From Clostridiaceae bacterium (lineage in GTDB: Bacteria > Bacillota > Clostridia > Saccharofermentanales > DTU023): 64,000 bases of DNA. The notes below the pieces were generated by a model. That model was not told where the DNA came from and made no database searches. It saw only the letters and a list, made by a program, of their open reading frames with translations. Shown here one piece after another: positions 1 to 8,657 of the stretch; position 1 is the first letter of the stretch; each line of letters starts with the position of its first letter. Made by a program: the position numbers and the translations under genes. The stretch covers positions 4,119-68,118 of the forward strand of contig DUPJ01000092.1 of assembly GCA_012838355.1 (NCBI GenBank), given 5' to 3'.

Positions 1-1
1 G

Positions 2-1243
2 TTGAACATCTGGGGCTGGAACGAGGAGTTCAAAGGCTTGTTTGAGACGTACTTCCAGGGTGCCGGTCTGGTTCCGGAGGACGTTGAAGTGAGATTCACG
101 ATCGTGCCGAGTACCGACAACGCCTATCAAAATGCGCTTGACCAGGCGCTTTTGGATCAGGAAAACGCCGCTGATGACGACAAGATCGACCTGTTCCTGC
201 TTGAAGCCGATTACGCGCTCAAGTATGTCGACAGCGACTTCACTCTGGACATCATGAATGACGTCGGCCTGACCGAAGAAGACCTCGCCGGTCAATACAA
301 GTACACGCAGGAAATCGTGACTGACGGAAACGGCGCGATCAAGGGCACGTCGTGGCAAGCCACGCCAGGCCTGTTCGCGTACAGACGTTCGATTGCCCTG
401 GACGTTTTGGGCACAGACGATCCTGAAGCCGTTCAGGAAGCATTGTCCGACTGGGACAAATTCGCAGCCGTCGCCGAGCAAATGGCGGCAAAAGATTACA
501 AAATGCTGTCCGGCTTCGATGACGCCTACCGGCCGTTCTCGAACAACATGACGAATCCGTGGGTTGACGAAAACAACGTGATCAACCTGGACGAAAACAT
601 GGTGAAGTGGATCGAACTGACGAAAGACTTTACCGACAAGGGTTACCACAACAAATCGAGACTGTGGGACGATCAATGGTCAGCTGACCAGGGTCCCGGT
701 TCCAATGTGTTTGGATTCTTCTATTCAACCTGGGGCATCAACTTCACTCTGCTGGGCAACGCTCTCGAAGATCCTGAAGCGGAACAGGCTGTCGGCAACG
801 GCATCTACGGCGACTATGCCGTCGTGGAAGGACCGCAGAACTTCTACTGGGGCGGCAGCTGGCTGGCCGCAGCGGCAGGTTCTGACAATCTTGGACTCGT
901 GAGAGACATCATGTACACGATGACGTGCGACAAAGACACGATGCAGCAGATCACAAAAGACACACAAGACTTCACGAACCATGAAGAGGCCATGGCCGAA
1001 CTGGCCGCGGACGATGAGTTTGCGTCCGCTTTCCTCGGCGGCCAAAACCACATTGCACTGTTCGTCGAATCGGCCAAGGGCATTGACATGAGCAACATGT
1101 CGGCCTATGACCAGGGCATGAACGAGAACCTGCAGGAAGCCTTTGTTGATTACTTCAACGGCAACGTCGACTATGACACCGCGCTCGACAATTTCTACAC
1201 GGCTGTCATTGAAACGTATCCTGATTTGACAAGACCCGAGTAA
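2..1243 (+). CDS. ABC transporter extracellular solute-binding protein (carbohydrate type), 5' end cut by window edge
   Basis: The ORF is open to the left edge, with 413 codons visible and the N-terminus and signal peptide outside the window. Composition is Trp/Tyr/Asp/Asn-rich, as in binding proteins. It is followed by two MalF/MalG-type permeases, a GH94 enzyme and an MsmK-type ATPase. Confidence 0.75.
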   Translation: MNIWGWNEEFKGLFETYFQGAGLVPEDVEVRFTIVPSTDNAYQNALDQALLDQENAADDDKIDLFLLEADYALKYVDSDFTLDIMNDVGLTEEDLAGQYKYTQEIVTDGNGAIKGTSWQATPGLFAYRRSIALDVLGTDDPEAVQEALSDWDKFAAVAEQMAAKDYKMLSGFDDAYRPFSNNMTNPWVDENNVINLDENMVKWIELTKDFTDKGYHNKSRLWDDQWSADQGPGSNVFGFFYSTWGINFTLLGNALEDPEAEQAVGNGIYGDYAVVEGPQNFYWGGSWLAAAAGSDNLGLVRDIMYTMTCDKDTMQQITKDTQDFTNHEEAMAELAADDEFASAFLGGQNHIALFVESAKGIDMSNMSAYDQGMNENLQEAFVDYFNGNVDYDTALDNFYTAVIETYPDLTRPE

Positions 1244-1261
1244 CAGATTCCGGATTGAGAC

Positions 1262-1284
1262 GGGGGGGAGTTTATCTCCCCCCT
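1262..1284 (+). promoter_or_regulatory. Intercistronic GC hairpin between the binding-protein and permease genes
   Basis: GGGGGGAG-tttat-CTCCCCCC forms a perfect 8-bp stem about 20 nt after the TAA stop (1241-1243). No U-tract follows, so it is more likely an mRNA 3'-stabiliser or partial attenuator than a full terminator. Confidence 0.5.
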
Positions 1285-1309
1285 CTGTCATCCGCTGACA
1301 GGTGTGACA

Positions 1310-2251
1310 ATGAAGATGCTATCAAGTCAAAAGCGGAACTCTATCAGCTACAAAAAGTGGGGCTACATCTTTCTCGTGCCCTTTTTTGTCGTATACACTG
1401 TTTTTTCGCTGATTCCGCTTTTCTCGACTGTTTACTACAGTTTTTTTGAAAACTACATGAGCGGTCTGAAACAGATCGGACCGAATTATGTCGGAATCGA
1501 AAACTACAAGACGATCCTTCTTGAAACGGATTTGCCGAAGTATGCCTTCAATACGATATTCATCTGGCTGCTTGGATTTATCCCGCAGATCGTGGTGGCG
1601 ATGATTCTTGCCATCTGGTTTACCAGCCTGAAAATAAAATTGCGATTCACCGGCTTTTTCAAGACGGTTATTTATATGCCGAATCTGATCATGGCGGCTG
1701 CTTTCGCCATGCTGTTCTGGGCCTTGTTCTCCGATATCGGTCCGATCAACAATCTCCTTGTCGCCATGGGTTATGAACGCATCAGTTTTCTCCAGAATGT
1801 GGCCGGAACCCGCGGACTTGTCGCCCTGATGAATTTTCTCATGTGGTTCGGCAATACAACGATCATTCTGATGGCGGGCATCATGGGCATCGACAACTCG
1901 ATACTGGAGGCGGCGCAGATTGACGGTGCCAGCACGTGGCGGACATTCTGGGATGTGACGATACCCTCGATCAAGCCAATCCTCGTCTACGTTCTGATTA
2001 CGTCACTCATCGGCGGTCTGCAGATGTTTGATGTGCCGCAGATTCTGACAAACAGTTCCGGCGGACCAAATCGGACGTCGATGACGATGATCATGTATCT
2101 GAACAAGCATCTGTTTTCCAAAAACTTCGGTCTGGCTGGCGCACTTTCAGTCATCCTCTTTATCGTCACCGCCATTCTGAGCGTGATCATCTACCGAAAC
2201 CTTACCGAACGGGAACCGAAGCCGGTCAAGCTGAAGGGAGGCGAACACTAA
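1310..2251 (+). CDS. ABC sugar transporter permease (MalF/UgpA-like)
   Basis: Polytopic membrane ORF with an EAA-type loop, EAAQIDGASTWRTFWDVTIP. AGGTG lies 5 nt upstream of ATG 1310; the ORF track begins at the in-frame GTG 1304. Confidence 0.9.
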   Translation: MKMLSSQKRNSISYKKWGYIFLVPFFVVYTVFSLIPLFSTVYYSFFENYMSGLKQIGPNYVGIENYKTILLETDLPKYAFNTIFIWLLGFIPQIVVAMILAIWFTSLKIKLRFTGFFKTVIYMPNLIMAAAFAMLFWALFSDIGPINNLLVAMGYERISFLQNVAGTRGLVALMNFLMWFGNTTIILMAGIMGIDNSILEAAQIDGASTWRTFWDVTIPSIKPILVYVLITSLIGGLQMFDVPQILTNSSGGPNRTSMTMIMYLNKHLFSKNFGLAGALSVILFIVTAILSVIIYRNLTEREPKPVKLKGGEH

Positions 2252-3087
2252 TGCCTGTGGACAAAGCAAACCGGGTGCTGCGCTACGTCATCCTGATTCT
2301 GCTCAGCGTGCTGTGCCTCTTTTCGTTTTACATCCTGATTGTCAATTCTACCCGGCTCCATTCGCAGATCCAGAAGGGATTCTCCATTTTGCCGGATAAT
2401 TTTTTCACCCGCAATCTGAACAACGTCCTCGCCAACAAGGAAGTGCCTGTTGTCAAGGGCATTATCAACAGTCTCTTTGTGGCTGGGGCATCGGCTTTGC
2501 TGGCCACCTACTTTTCGGCTCTGACGGCATTCAGCATTCACATCTATGAATTCCGTTTCAAGAAGCTCGTGTTTACATTCATCATGATGATCATGATGAT
2601 TCCGGCACAAGTGTCGGCGCTTGGCTTTTTGCGCTGGATGAGCAGCCTCAATATGCTGGACTCTCTTGTTCCGCTGTTTCTGCCGAGCGTTGCATCTCCG
2701 ATTGTCTTCTATTTCATGTACTCGTACATGCAAAGCAACCTGCCGAAGGCCGTCATTGAAGCGTCGCGCATGGACGGTGCCAGTGAGTTTCGAACGTTCA
2801 ATCGTGTGGTCATTCCGATCATGAAGCCGGCGCTGGCAGTACAGGCGATTTTTACCTTCGTCGGTTCGTGGAACAATTACTTCATCCCGTCACTGCTGCT
2901 GCGCTCAAAAGAAAAGAAAACGATGCCAATTCTCGTGGCTCAGCTTCGCAGTGCCGATTATCTGAAGTTTGACATGGGCCAGGTGTATACGCTGATTTTT
3001 CTGGCCATTATCCCGATCATTGTGATCTATATCCTGCTGTCCAAGTACATCGTGCGCGGTGTCGCCGTTGGCAGTGTCAAAGAATGA
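2251..3087 (+). CDS. ABC sugar transporter permease (MalG/UgpE-like)
   Basis: Polytopic membrane ORF with EAA loop EASRMDGASEFRTFNRVVIPIMKP. Its start overlaps the upstream stop (TAATG at 2249-2253). Confidence 0.9.
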   Translation: MPVDKANRVLRYVILILLSVLCLFSFYILIVNSTRLHSQIQKGFSILPDNFFTRNLNNVLANKEVPVVKGIINSLFVAGASALLATYFSALTAFSIHIYEFRFKKLVFTFIMMIMMIPAQVSALGFLRWMSSLNMLDSLVPLFLPSVASPIVFYFMYSYMQSNLPKAVIEASRMDGASEFRTFNRVVIPIMKPALAVQAIFTFVGSWNNYFIPSLLLRSKEKKTMPILVAQLRSADYLKFDMGQVYTLIFLAIIPIIVIYILLSKYIVRGVAVGSVKE

Positions 3088-3091
3088 CGCT

Positions 3092-5464
3092 ATGAATTAC
3101 GGATATTTTGACGTCGAGAATAGAGAGTATGTGATCACCAGGCCCGACACGCCGGCGCCCTGGGCGAATTACCTTGGTTCTCCGGAGTACGGCGCAATTA
3201 TATCGAACAACGCCGGCGGATACAGTTTCGTCAAAAGCGGGGCGAAGGGAAGAATTCTGAGGTACCGCTTCAACAGTGACGACAAGCCGGGACGTTATAT
3301 CTACCTGCGTGATGATGAGACAGAAGCATACTGGTCGGCGTCCTGGCAGCCCGTCGGCCGGATGAACGGCTATGAAACGACATGCCGGCACGGTCTCGGC
3401 TACACGACGTTCAACACGACGTGTGAAGGCATCGCGTCCGACGCGACGTATTATGTGCCTTTGGATCGGGATTGCGAGGTCTGGCAGCTGAGCGTGACAA
3501 ACAAGTCGGCACGATCGCGCACAATATCGCTTTTCGGTTACGCGGAATTCACAAACAACAGCGACTATGAGCAGGACGGTGTCAATCTGCAGTACTCGCA
3601 ATTCATCTCGCGAACGTATTTTGAGACAAACAAAATCGTCCAGACAATCAGTGAAAACACTGACGAGCATGTGCCCCGGTTTTTTGCTCTGAGCGGTGCG
3701 CCGGTGCGCTCTTATGCAGGGGACAGGCAGTATTTCGTCGGCGCGTACCGCACTTACGCCAATCCTGAAGCCGTTATTCGGGGTATGTGTGACGACAGAC
3801 TGAATTACAATGGGAACAGCTGCGGTGCGCTGCACACGACATTGACGCTGAAGCCGGGAGAACGAAGGGAAGTTCGCTTCATCCTCGGCGAAAACGACAG
3901 CCGCGCCGCCGACGACATTATCGCGGCGTATGCCGAAACGGGACAAGCCGATGCCGATCTCGCGTTGCTCCGGACTCACTGGGATGACAGACTTTCGGGG
4001 TTCAAAGTAAAGACGCCGGATGACAATTTCAATCACATGGTCAATACCTGGAATGCCTATCAGTGCTTTATCACCTTCACCTGGTCGCGGGCTGCCTCCT
4101 TTGTTTACTGCGGCCAGCGAAACGGGTTCGGCTATCGCGATACGGTGCAGGATATTCAGGGCATCATCCACCTCGCACCGGAGCTGGCCAAGGCACAGCT
4201 GACATTCATGCTGACGGCTCAGGTCGACAACGGAGCCGGCCTGCCGCTCGTCAAGTACTCGCATGCGCCGGGCCGGGAGGATACGCCCGACGATTTTTCT
4301 TACCGTCAAGAAACGGGACACACGTCGTATCGTGCCGATGATGCGCTCTGGCTGTTTCCGACGATCCAAAAGTATATCGGCGAAACAGGCGACATTGGTT
4401 TTTTGGACACGATCCTGCCATACGCCAATAAGGGGGAAGACAGTGTCTACAACCACCTCAAAAGAGCGCTGCAGTTCTCCCTTGACCGGCGCGGTGTGAA
4501 TGGTCTGCCGGCAGGCCTGCATGCCGACTGGAACGACTGTCTGCGACTTGGCGAAAAAGGCGAATCGAGTTTTGTTGCGATGCAGCTTTTTCTTGCGTTC
4601 AGCATCATGGAGTCGTTTGCAAAGAGAAGGGACGACCAGCCTTACGTGACCTTTTTGCGTGAGTCAAAAGAGGAGCTGGCGCGAGTGATCGAAACCGTGT
4701 GCTTTGAACAGGACCGCTATATTCGAGGCATCACGGACAAGCATGAGCGTATCGGCTCAAGCGCCAGCCGGGAAGCCGGCATGTGGCTGAATCCGCAGAG
4801 CTGGGCTGTCATATCCGGGCTGGCAGCCGGGACGCGGGCCGATGATGTGCTGGCGCTGGTCCGCGATAAACTGAATACGCCCTACGGCGCGCGACTGATG
4901 ACGCCGCCCTTCGCCCGCGCAGGATTTCCCGGTGCGCTGGCGATTACGTACAACGCCGGTACAAAAGAAAACGGCAGTGTTTTTCTGCAGACTCAGGGCT
5001 GGCTGATTTTGGCGGAGGCACTGGCCGGACACGGTAATCGCGCCTATGCGTACTGGCAGGCAAGCTCGCCGGCCGAGCAAAATAACATGGCTGACATTCG
5101 TGTCATGGAACCTTACGTATACGGTCAATTCACAGAAAGCACCGGAAGTCCGTTCGAGGGACGCTCGCATGTGCACTGGCTGACGGGGACCGCTTCAACC
5201 GTGATGGTCGGCTGCATCGAGGGGATCCTCGGGATTCGTCCCGACGCAGACGGGATTTTGATTGCACCATCCATACCGGAGCGATGGCGGAGCGTCCGGA
5301 TAGAGAAGGCGTTTCGAGGCAAAATACTGCATATCACAATCGAGAACGGCAGTGCTTCGGAAAGCGGCTATCGGCAGGTGTGGCTGAACGACAGGCAAAT
5401 CGACAGCAATTACATTCCGGCAAAACAGCTGGATGCGATAAACGAAATACGAATCATCATGTAA
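3092..5464 (+). CDS. GH94 glycoside phosphorylase (cellobiose / N,N'-diacetylchitobiose phosphorylase family)
   Basis: About 790 aa. The N-terminus MNYGYFDVENREYVITRPDTPAPWANYLG is typical of GH94 disaccharide phosphorylases. The catalytic-acid region GLHADWNDCL is present. Start is placed at ATG 3092, the 12th codon of the tracked ORF. Confidence 0.85.
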   Translation: MNYGYFDVENREYVITRPDTPAPWANYLGSPEYGAIISNNAGGYSFVKSGAKGRILRYRFNSDDKPGRYIYLRDDETEAYWSASWQPVGRMNGYETTCRHGLGYTTFNTTCEGIASDATYYVPLDRDCEVWQLSVTNKSARSRTISLFGYAEFTNNSDYEQDGVNLQYSQFISRTYFETNKIVQTISENTDEHVPRFFALSGAPVRSYAGDRQYFVGAYRTYANPEAVIRGMCDDRLNYNGNSCGALHTTLTLKPGERREVRFILGENDSRAADDIIAAYAETGQADADLALLRTHWDDRLSGFKVKTPDDNFNHMVNTWNAYQCFITFTWSRAASFVYCGQRNGFGYRDTVQDIQGIIHLAPELAKAQLTFMLTAQVDNGAGLPLVKYSHAPGREDTPDDFSYRQETGHTSYRADDALWLFPTIQKYIGETGDIGFLDTILPYANKGEDSVYNHLKRALQFSLDRRGVNGLPAGLHADWNDCLRLGEKGESSFVAMQLFLAFSIMESFAKRRDDQPYVTFLRESKEELARVIETVCFEQDRYIRGITDKHERIGSSASREAGMWLNPQSWAVISGLAAGTRADDVLALVRDKLNTPYGARLMTPPFARAGFPGALAITYNAGTKENGSVFLQTQGWLILAEALAGHGNRAYAYWQASSPAEQNNMADIRVMEPYVYGQFTESTGSPFEGRSHVHWLTGTASTVMVGCIEGILGIRPDADGILIAPSIPERWRSVRIEKAFRGKILHITIENGSASESGYRQVWLNDRQIDSNYIPAKQLDAINEIRIIM

Positions 5465-5479
5465 AGGTCAGGAAATATC

Positions 5480-6589
5480 ATGGGCAACTTTGTGCTGAAA
5501 GACATTAAAAAAGTGTATCCGGGCGACGTCGTCGCCGTCAGTGATTTCAACCTTGAAATCAATGACAAGGAGTTTCTCGTTCTGGTCGGACCGTCCGGAT
5601 GCGGAAAATCAACGGTGCTGCGGATGATCGCAGGTCTGGAAGAGATCACGTTCGGCGAACTGTATCTGAACGGCCGCCTGATCAATATGGTGGCGCCCAA
5701 GGACCGTGACATTGCCATGGTGTTTCAGAATTACGCCTTGTATCCGCACATGACGGTCTATAAAAACCTCGCCTATGCGCTCTCACTGCGAAAAGTACCA
5801 AAGAGCGTGATCGATAAAAAAGTGCGCGATACAGCAAAGCTTCTCGAGCTGGAAATGCTCCTGAATCGCAAGCCAAAAGCGTTATCGGGGGGACAAAAGC
5901 AGCGCGTCGCACTTGGCCGGGCGATGGTGCGTGATCCCGAAGCTTTCCTGCTCGATGAACCGCTCTCGAATCTTGACGCCAAGCTGCGCGCCTCAACGCG
6001 CACGGAGATTACGAAGCTTCATAAAAAACTGGGTACAACGTTTATCTACGTGACGCATGACCAGACGGAAGCCATGACGATGGCCGACCGTATCGTCGTG
6101 ATGAAGGATGGCAGGATTCAGCAAATCGGTGAGCCGCAAGCACTCTACGACTGGCCGGAAAATCAGTTTGTCGCCGGGTTCATCGGCAGCCCGCAGATGA
6201 ATTTTCTGGATGCGGTAATCATGAAAAACGATCAGGGGTATGCGGCCGTGATCGATGAGATGAAACTGCCCTTGCTCGAGAATCGGTTCAGTCCTGATGT
6301 GCTTGCCGATTACATAGGGAAGACGGTCGTTCTGGGCGTGCGAGCAGAGGATGTTGTGCGCGCCGAAGAGAACGGGGCGAGAACTGATTTGCTCGAGACG
6401 TCCGTTGAGGTGTCCGAACACATGGGGGCGGAGATTCTCGTTTACATCGATTACGCGGGCAAGAAAATTATCGCCAGATTCGATGCTGACATGAACGGGA
6501 CGATTGAAGACAATCTGAAAATCAGCTTCAAAGCCAGGAAAATTCACTTATTCGACAAAGACTCGGAGCGTTCTTTGCTTTCCAGATAG
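5480..6589 (+). CDS. ABC sugar transporter ATP-binding protein (MsmK/MalK/UgpC type)
   Basis: Walker A GPSGCGKST, signature LSGGQKQR and Walker B FLLDEPLSNLD are present. The C-terminal regulatory (TOBE-like) extension is typical of MalK-type ATPases. Confidence 0.9.
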   Translation: MGNFVLKDIKKVYPGDVVAVSDFNLEINDKEFLVLVGPSGCGKSTVLRMIAGLEEITFGELYLNGRLINMVAPKDRDIAMVFQNYALYPHMTVYKNLAYALSLRKVPKSVIDKKVRDTAKLLELEMLLNRKPKALSGGQKQRVALGRAMVRDPEAFLLDEPLSNLDAKLRASTRTEITKLHKKLGTTFIYVTHDQTEAMTMADRIVVMKDGRIQQIGEPQALYDWPENQFVAGFIGSPQMNFLDAVIMKNDQGYAAVIDEMKLPLLENRFSPDVLADYIGKTVVLGVRAEDVVRAEENGARTDLLETSVEVSEHMGAEILVYIDYAGKKIIARFDADMNGTIEDNLKISFKARKIHLFDKDSERSLLSR

Positions 6590-6635
6590 CCAGGCGATTA
6601 AGCAGCATGGCGGTCAATTCGCTATACTGCGAGAC

Positions 6636-8657
6636 ATGGATGAACACGCTTTTATCTGGCGAAAGTGGAATCTGCCCGAACCGGACGTGTCAGATCGGCC
6701 GCTTTGGGAGAAAATCCTTTGCCGCCGCGGCTATGATACCGCGGCAAAACAGCGCGCCCTGCTTCTGACGGATCCGCTCGATCCGTTTGCATTTCGCGAC
6801 ATGGAAAAGGCCATTCTGCTTATGCGCGATGTGCTGGAAAGACGCGGGCATATCGTTGTGTTCGGAGATTACGACGCTGACGGACTGACCGCCGCCGCGA
6901 TCCTTGTGCGTCTTTTGCGCCATGTCGGCGGCGTTGTTTCCTGGCTGATTCCCGACCGACTGGACGATGGCTACGGAATCAGCAGCGGGCACGTGGATAA
7001 ACTGCTTCACGACCAGCCTGACCTCGTTATTACGGTCGACTGCGGCAGCAACAGCCAGGACGAAGTGCGCCGCCTGAAAGCAGCCGGTATTTTTGTCATC
7101 GTCACGGATCACCATGTCGTCGACATGAAGCCGGATATGGCAGACGCCCATATCAACCCGCGTGAGGAACCGCATGTCGAAGACCTTCTGTCCGGCGCAG
7201 GCGTGGCCTATCTCTTGGCTGAAGCGTATCTGCAGCGTTTCGGTGAGGGTGACGGCGAGCGAGTGCTGGCAACGCTTGTTGTGCTCGCCATGGTCGGCAC
7301 AGTTGCCGATATCATGCCGCTGACTGGTGCCAACCGCTCTTTGGTTAAAGCGGGACTGGCTGCATTTCTCTCATCGGCGCCGCCCGGCCTGCTCCAGCTG
7401 TGCAAGGCCAATACTGTCCCGAATGCCGGCACGATCGCCTATTCACTGGCACCGGCCCTGAATGCTGCATCACGGCTCGGCCAGGCTGAAACGGCTTTGC
7501 ATCTGCTGCTTTGTGACGATGAGGCGGAGGCATTCCGGCTGTCCGGGCGTCTGCGCGATCTGAATGAGCGCCGGCGTGAGCTGGAGCATGTCATCACCGA
7601 AGACGCCGTGGCGCAGGCAAAGGCGACGCCGCTGGATCAGGCGATAATCGTTGTGCGCGAAGCAAACTGGCATACGGGTGTTCTGGGCATCGTTGCCGCG
7701 CGGCTGGTCGAGCGATTCGGCAAGGCGGCGATTGTGCTGAATAAGGACGGAACTGAATGGCAGGGATCGGCGCGTGCACCACAAGGCTTTGATCTTCATG
7801 CCCTGCTCACGAAGACGTCGGAGCATCTGACGCGTTACGGCGGCCATCACCGGGCCGCCGGACTGGCCGTCGCGGAGCAGCAGTTCGAAGCATTTGTGGC
7901 CGCTTTGCAGCAAAGTGCCGCAAAGCTTCCCGATACGCTGCCGCCGCTCCAGGTCGATGCGTTGCTCAGTCCCGATGATTTAAGCCAGACGGAACTTGAA
8001 CGGCTTGCCCTGCTTGAGCCTTGCGGTGAAGCCAATCCCGAACCGCTGACGGCCGCCATCGGCTGCTGCATTGTTGCTGTGCGGCAGCTGGGACAAGGCA
8101 AACATGCCCGCATTGAGGTGGATTTCAACGGCATGCCGCTATCGTGTGTGATGTTTCGGCGCGGTGATCTGGCAGACTTTTACGGGCCGGGCGATGTGGT
8201 AGATCTTGTTGGCAAGCCGGTGTGGCATACGTTTCGCAATCAGGCGTACGCTCAGCTTCTCTTATCCGATATCCGCCCGTCCGCCTGCGGTGATCCGGCG
8301 TATGATGAACCGCTTCGAAGCGGCCAGCCGCTTGACCTTTTCGCTGCGAATCCGCTGGACGCGGCGCTGTTTGAGCAAACGTACCGATTGCTTATTCAGA
8401 CGATCGGTTACGCTGAGCGGCTGATCTCGCCGATTCTTTTTGCGAAGCGGCTGAGTCGGGCTTATAATAGGCACTATTCCGGACTGGCGGTGGTGATGGC
8501 ACTCACCATTTTGGCGGAGGCCCGCATGCTTACCCTGCGGCCGACCGATGATGAACGCCATGTGCGCGTGCGGCTGATCGAAAAACCTGTCCGCACGAAC
8601 TTGCGTGACACGCCCGCCTGGCAGAATCTGGAAGCGAAAGGATGGCTGAAACTGTGA
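6636..8657 (+). CDS. recJ: Single-stranded-DNA-specific exonuclease RecJ
   Basis: DHH-family motifs are present: VFGDYDADGLTAAA, VDCG and TDHH. Size is 673 aa. The position immediately upstream of relA is typical of Firmicutes. Confidence 0.85.
   Translation: MDEHAFIWRKWNLPEPDVSDRPLWEKILCRRGYDTAAKQRALLLTDPLDPFAFRDMEKAILLMRDVLERRGHIVVFGDYDADGLTAAAILVRLLRHVGGVVSWLIPDRLDDGYGISSGHVDKLLHDQPDLVITVDCGSNSQDEVRRLKAAGIFVIVTDHHVVDMKPDMADAHINPREEPHVEDLLSGAGVAYLLAEAYLQRFGEGDGERVLATLVVLAMVGTVADIMPLTGANRSLVKAGLAAFLSSAPPGLLQLCKANTVPNAGTIAYSLAPALNAASRLGQAETALHLLLCDDEAEAFRLSGRLRDLNERRRELEHVITEDAVAQAKATPLDQAIIVVREANWHTGVLGIVAARLVERFGKAAIVLNKDGTEWQGSARAPQGFDLHALLTKTSEHLTRYGGHHRAAGLAVAEQQFEAFVAALQQSAAKLPDTLPPLQVDALLSPDDLSQTELERLALLEPCGEANPEPLTAAIGCCIVAVRQLGQGKHARIEVDFNGMPLSCVMFRRGDLADFYGPGDVVDLVGKPVWHTFRNQAYAQLLLSDIRPSACGDPAYDEPLRSGQPLDLFAANPLDAALFEQTYRLLIQTIGYAERLISPILFAKRLSRAYNRHYSGLAVVMALTILAEARMLTLRPTDDERHVRVRLIEKPVRTNLRDTPAWQNLEAKGWLKL

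Noticed and set aside
3077-4522. A 481-aa ORF on the minus strand, antisense to the GH94 phosphorylase gene.
   Set aside because: It is entirely contained in a strongly supported gene on the other strand. Its Arg/Val/Pro/Gly-rich composition carries no recognisable motif. This is a typical stop-poor antisense frame of GC-rich coding DNA.
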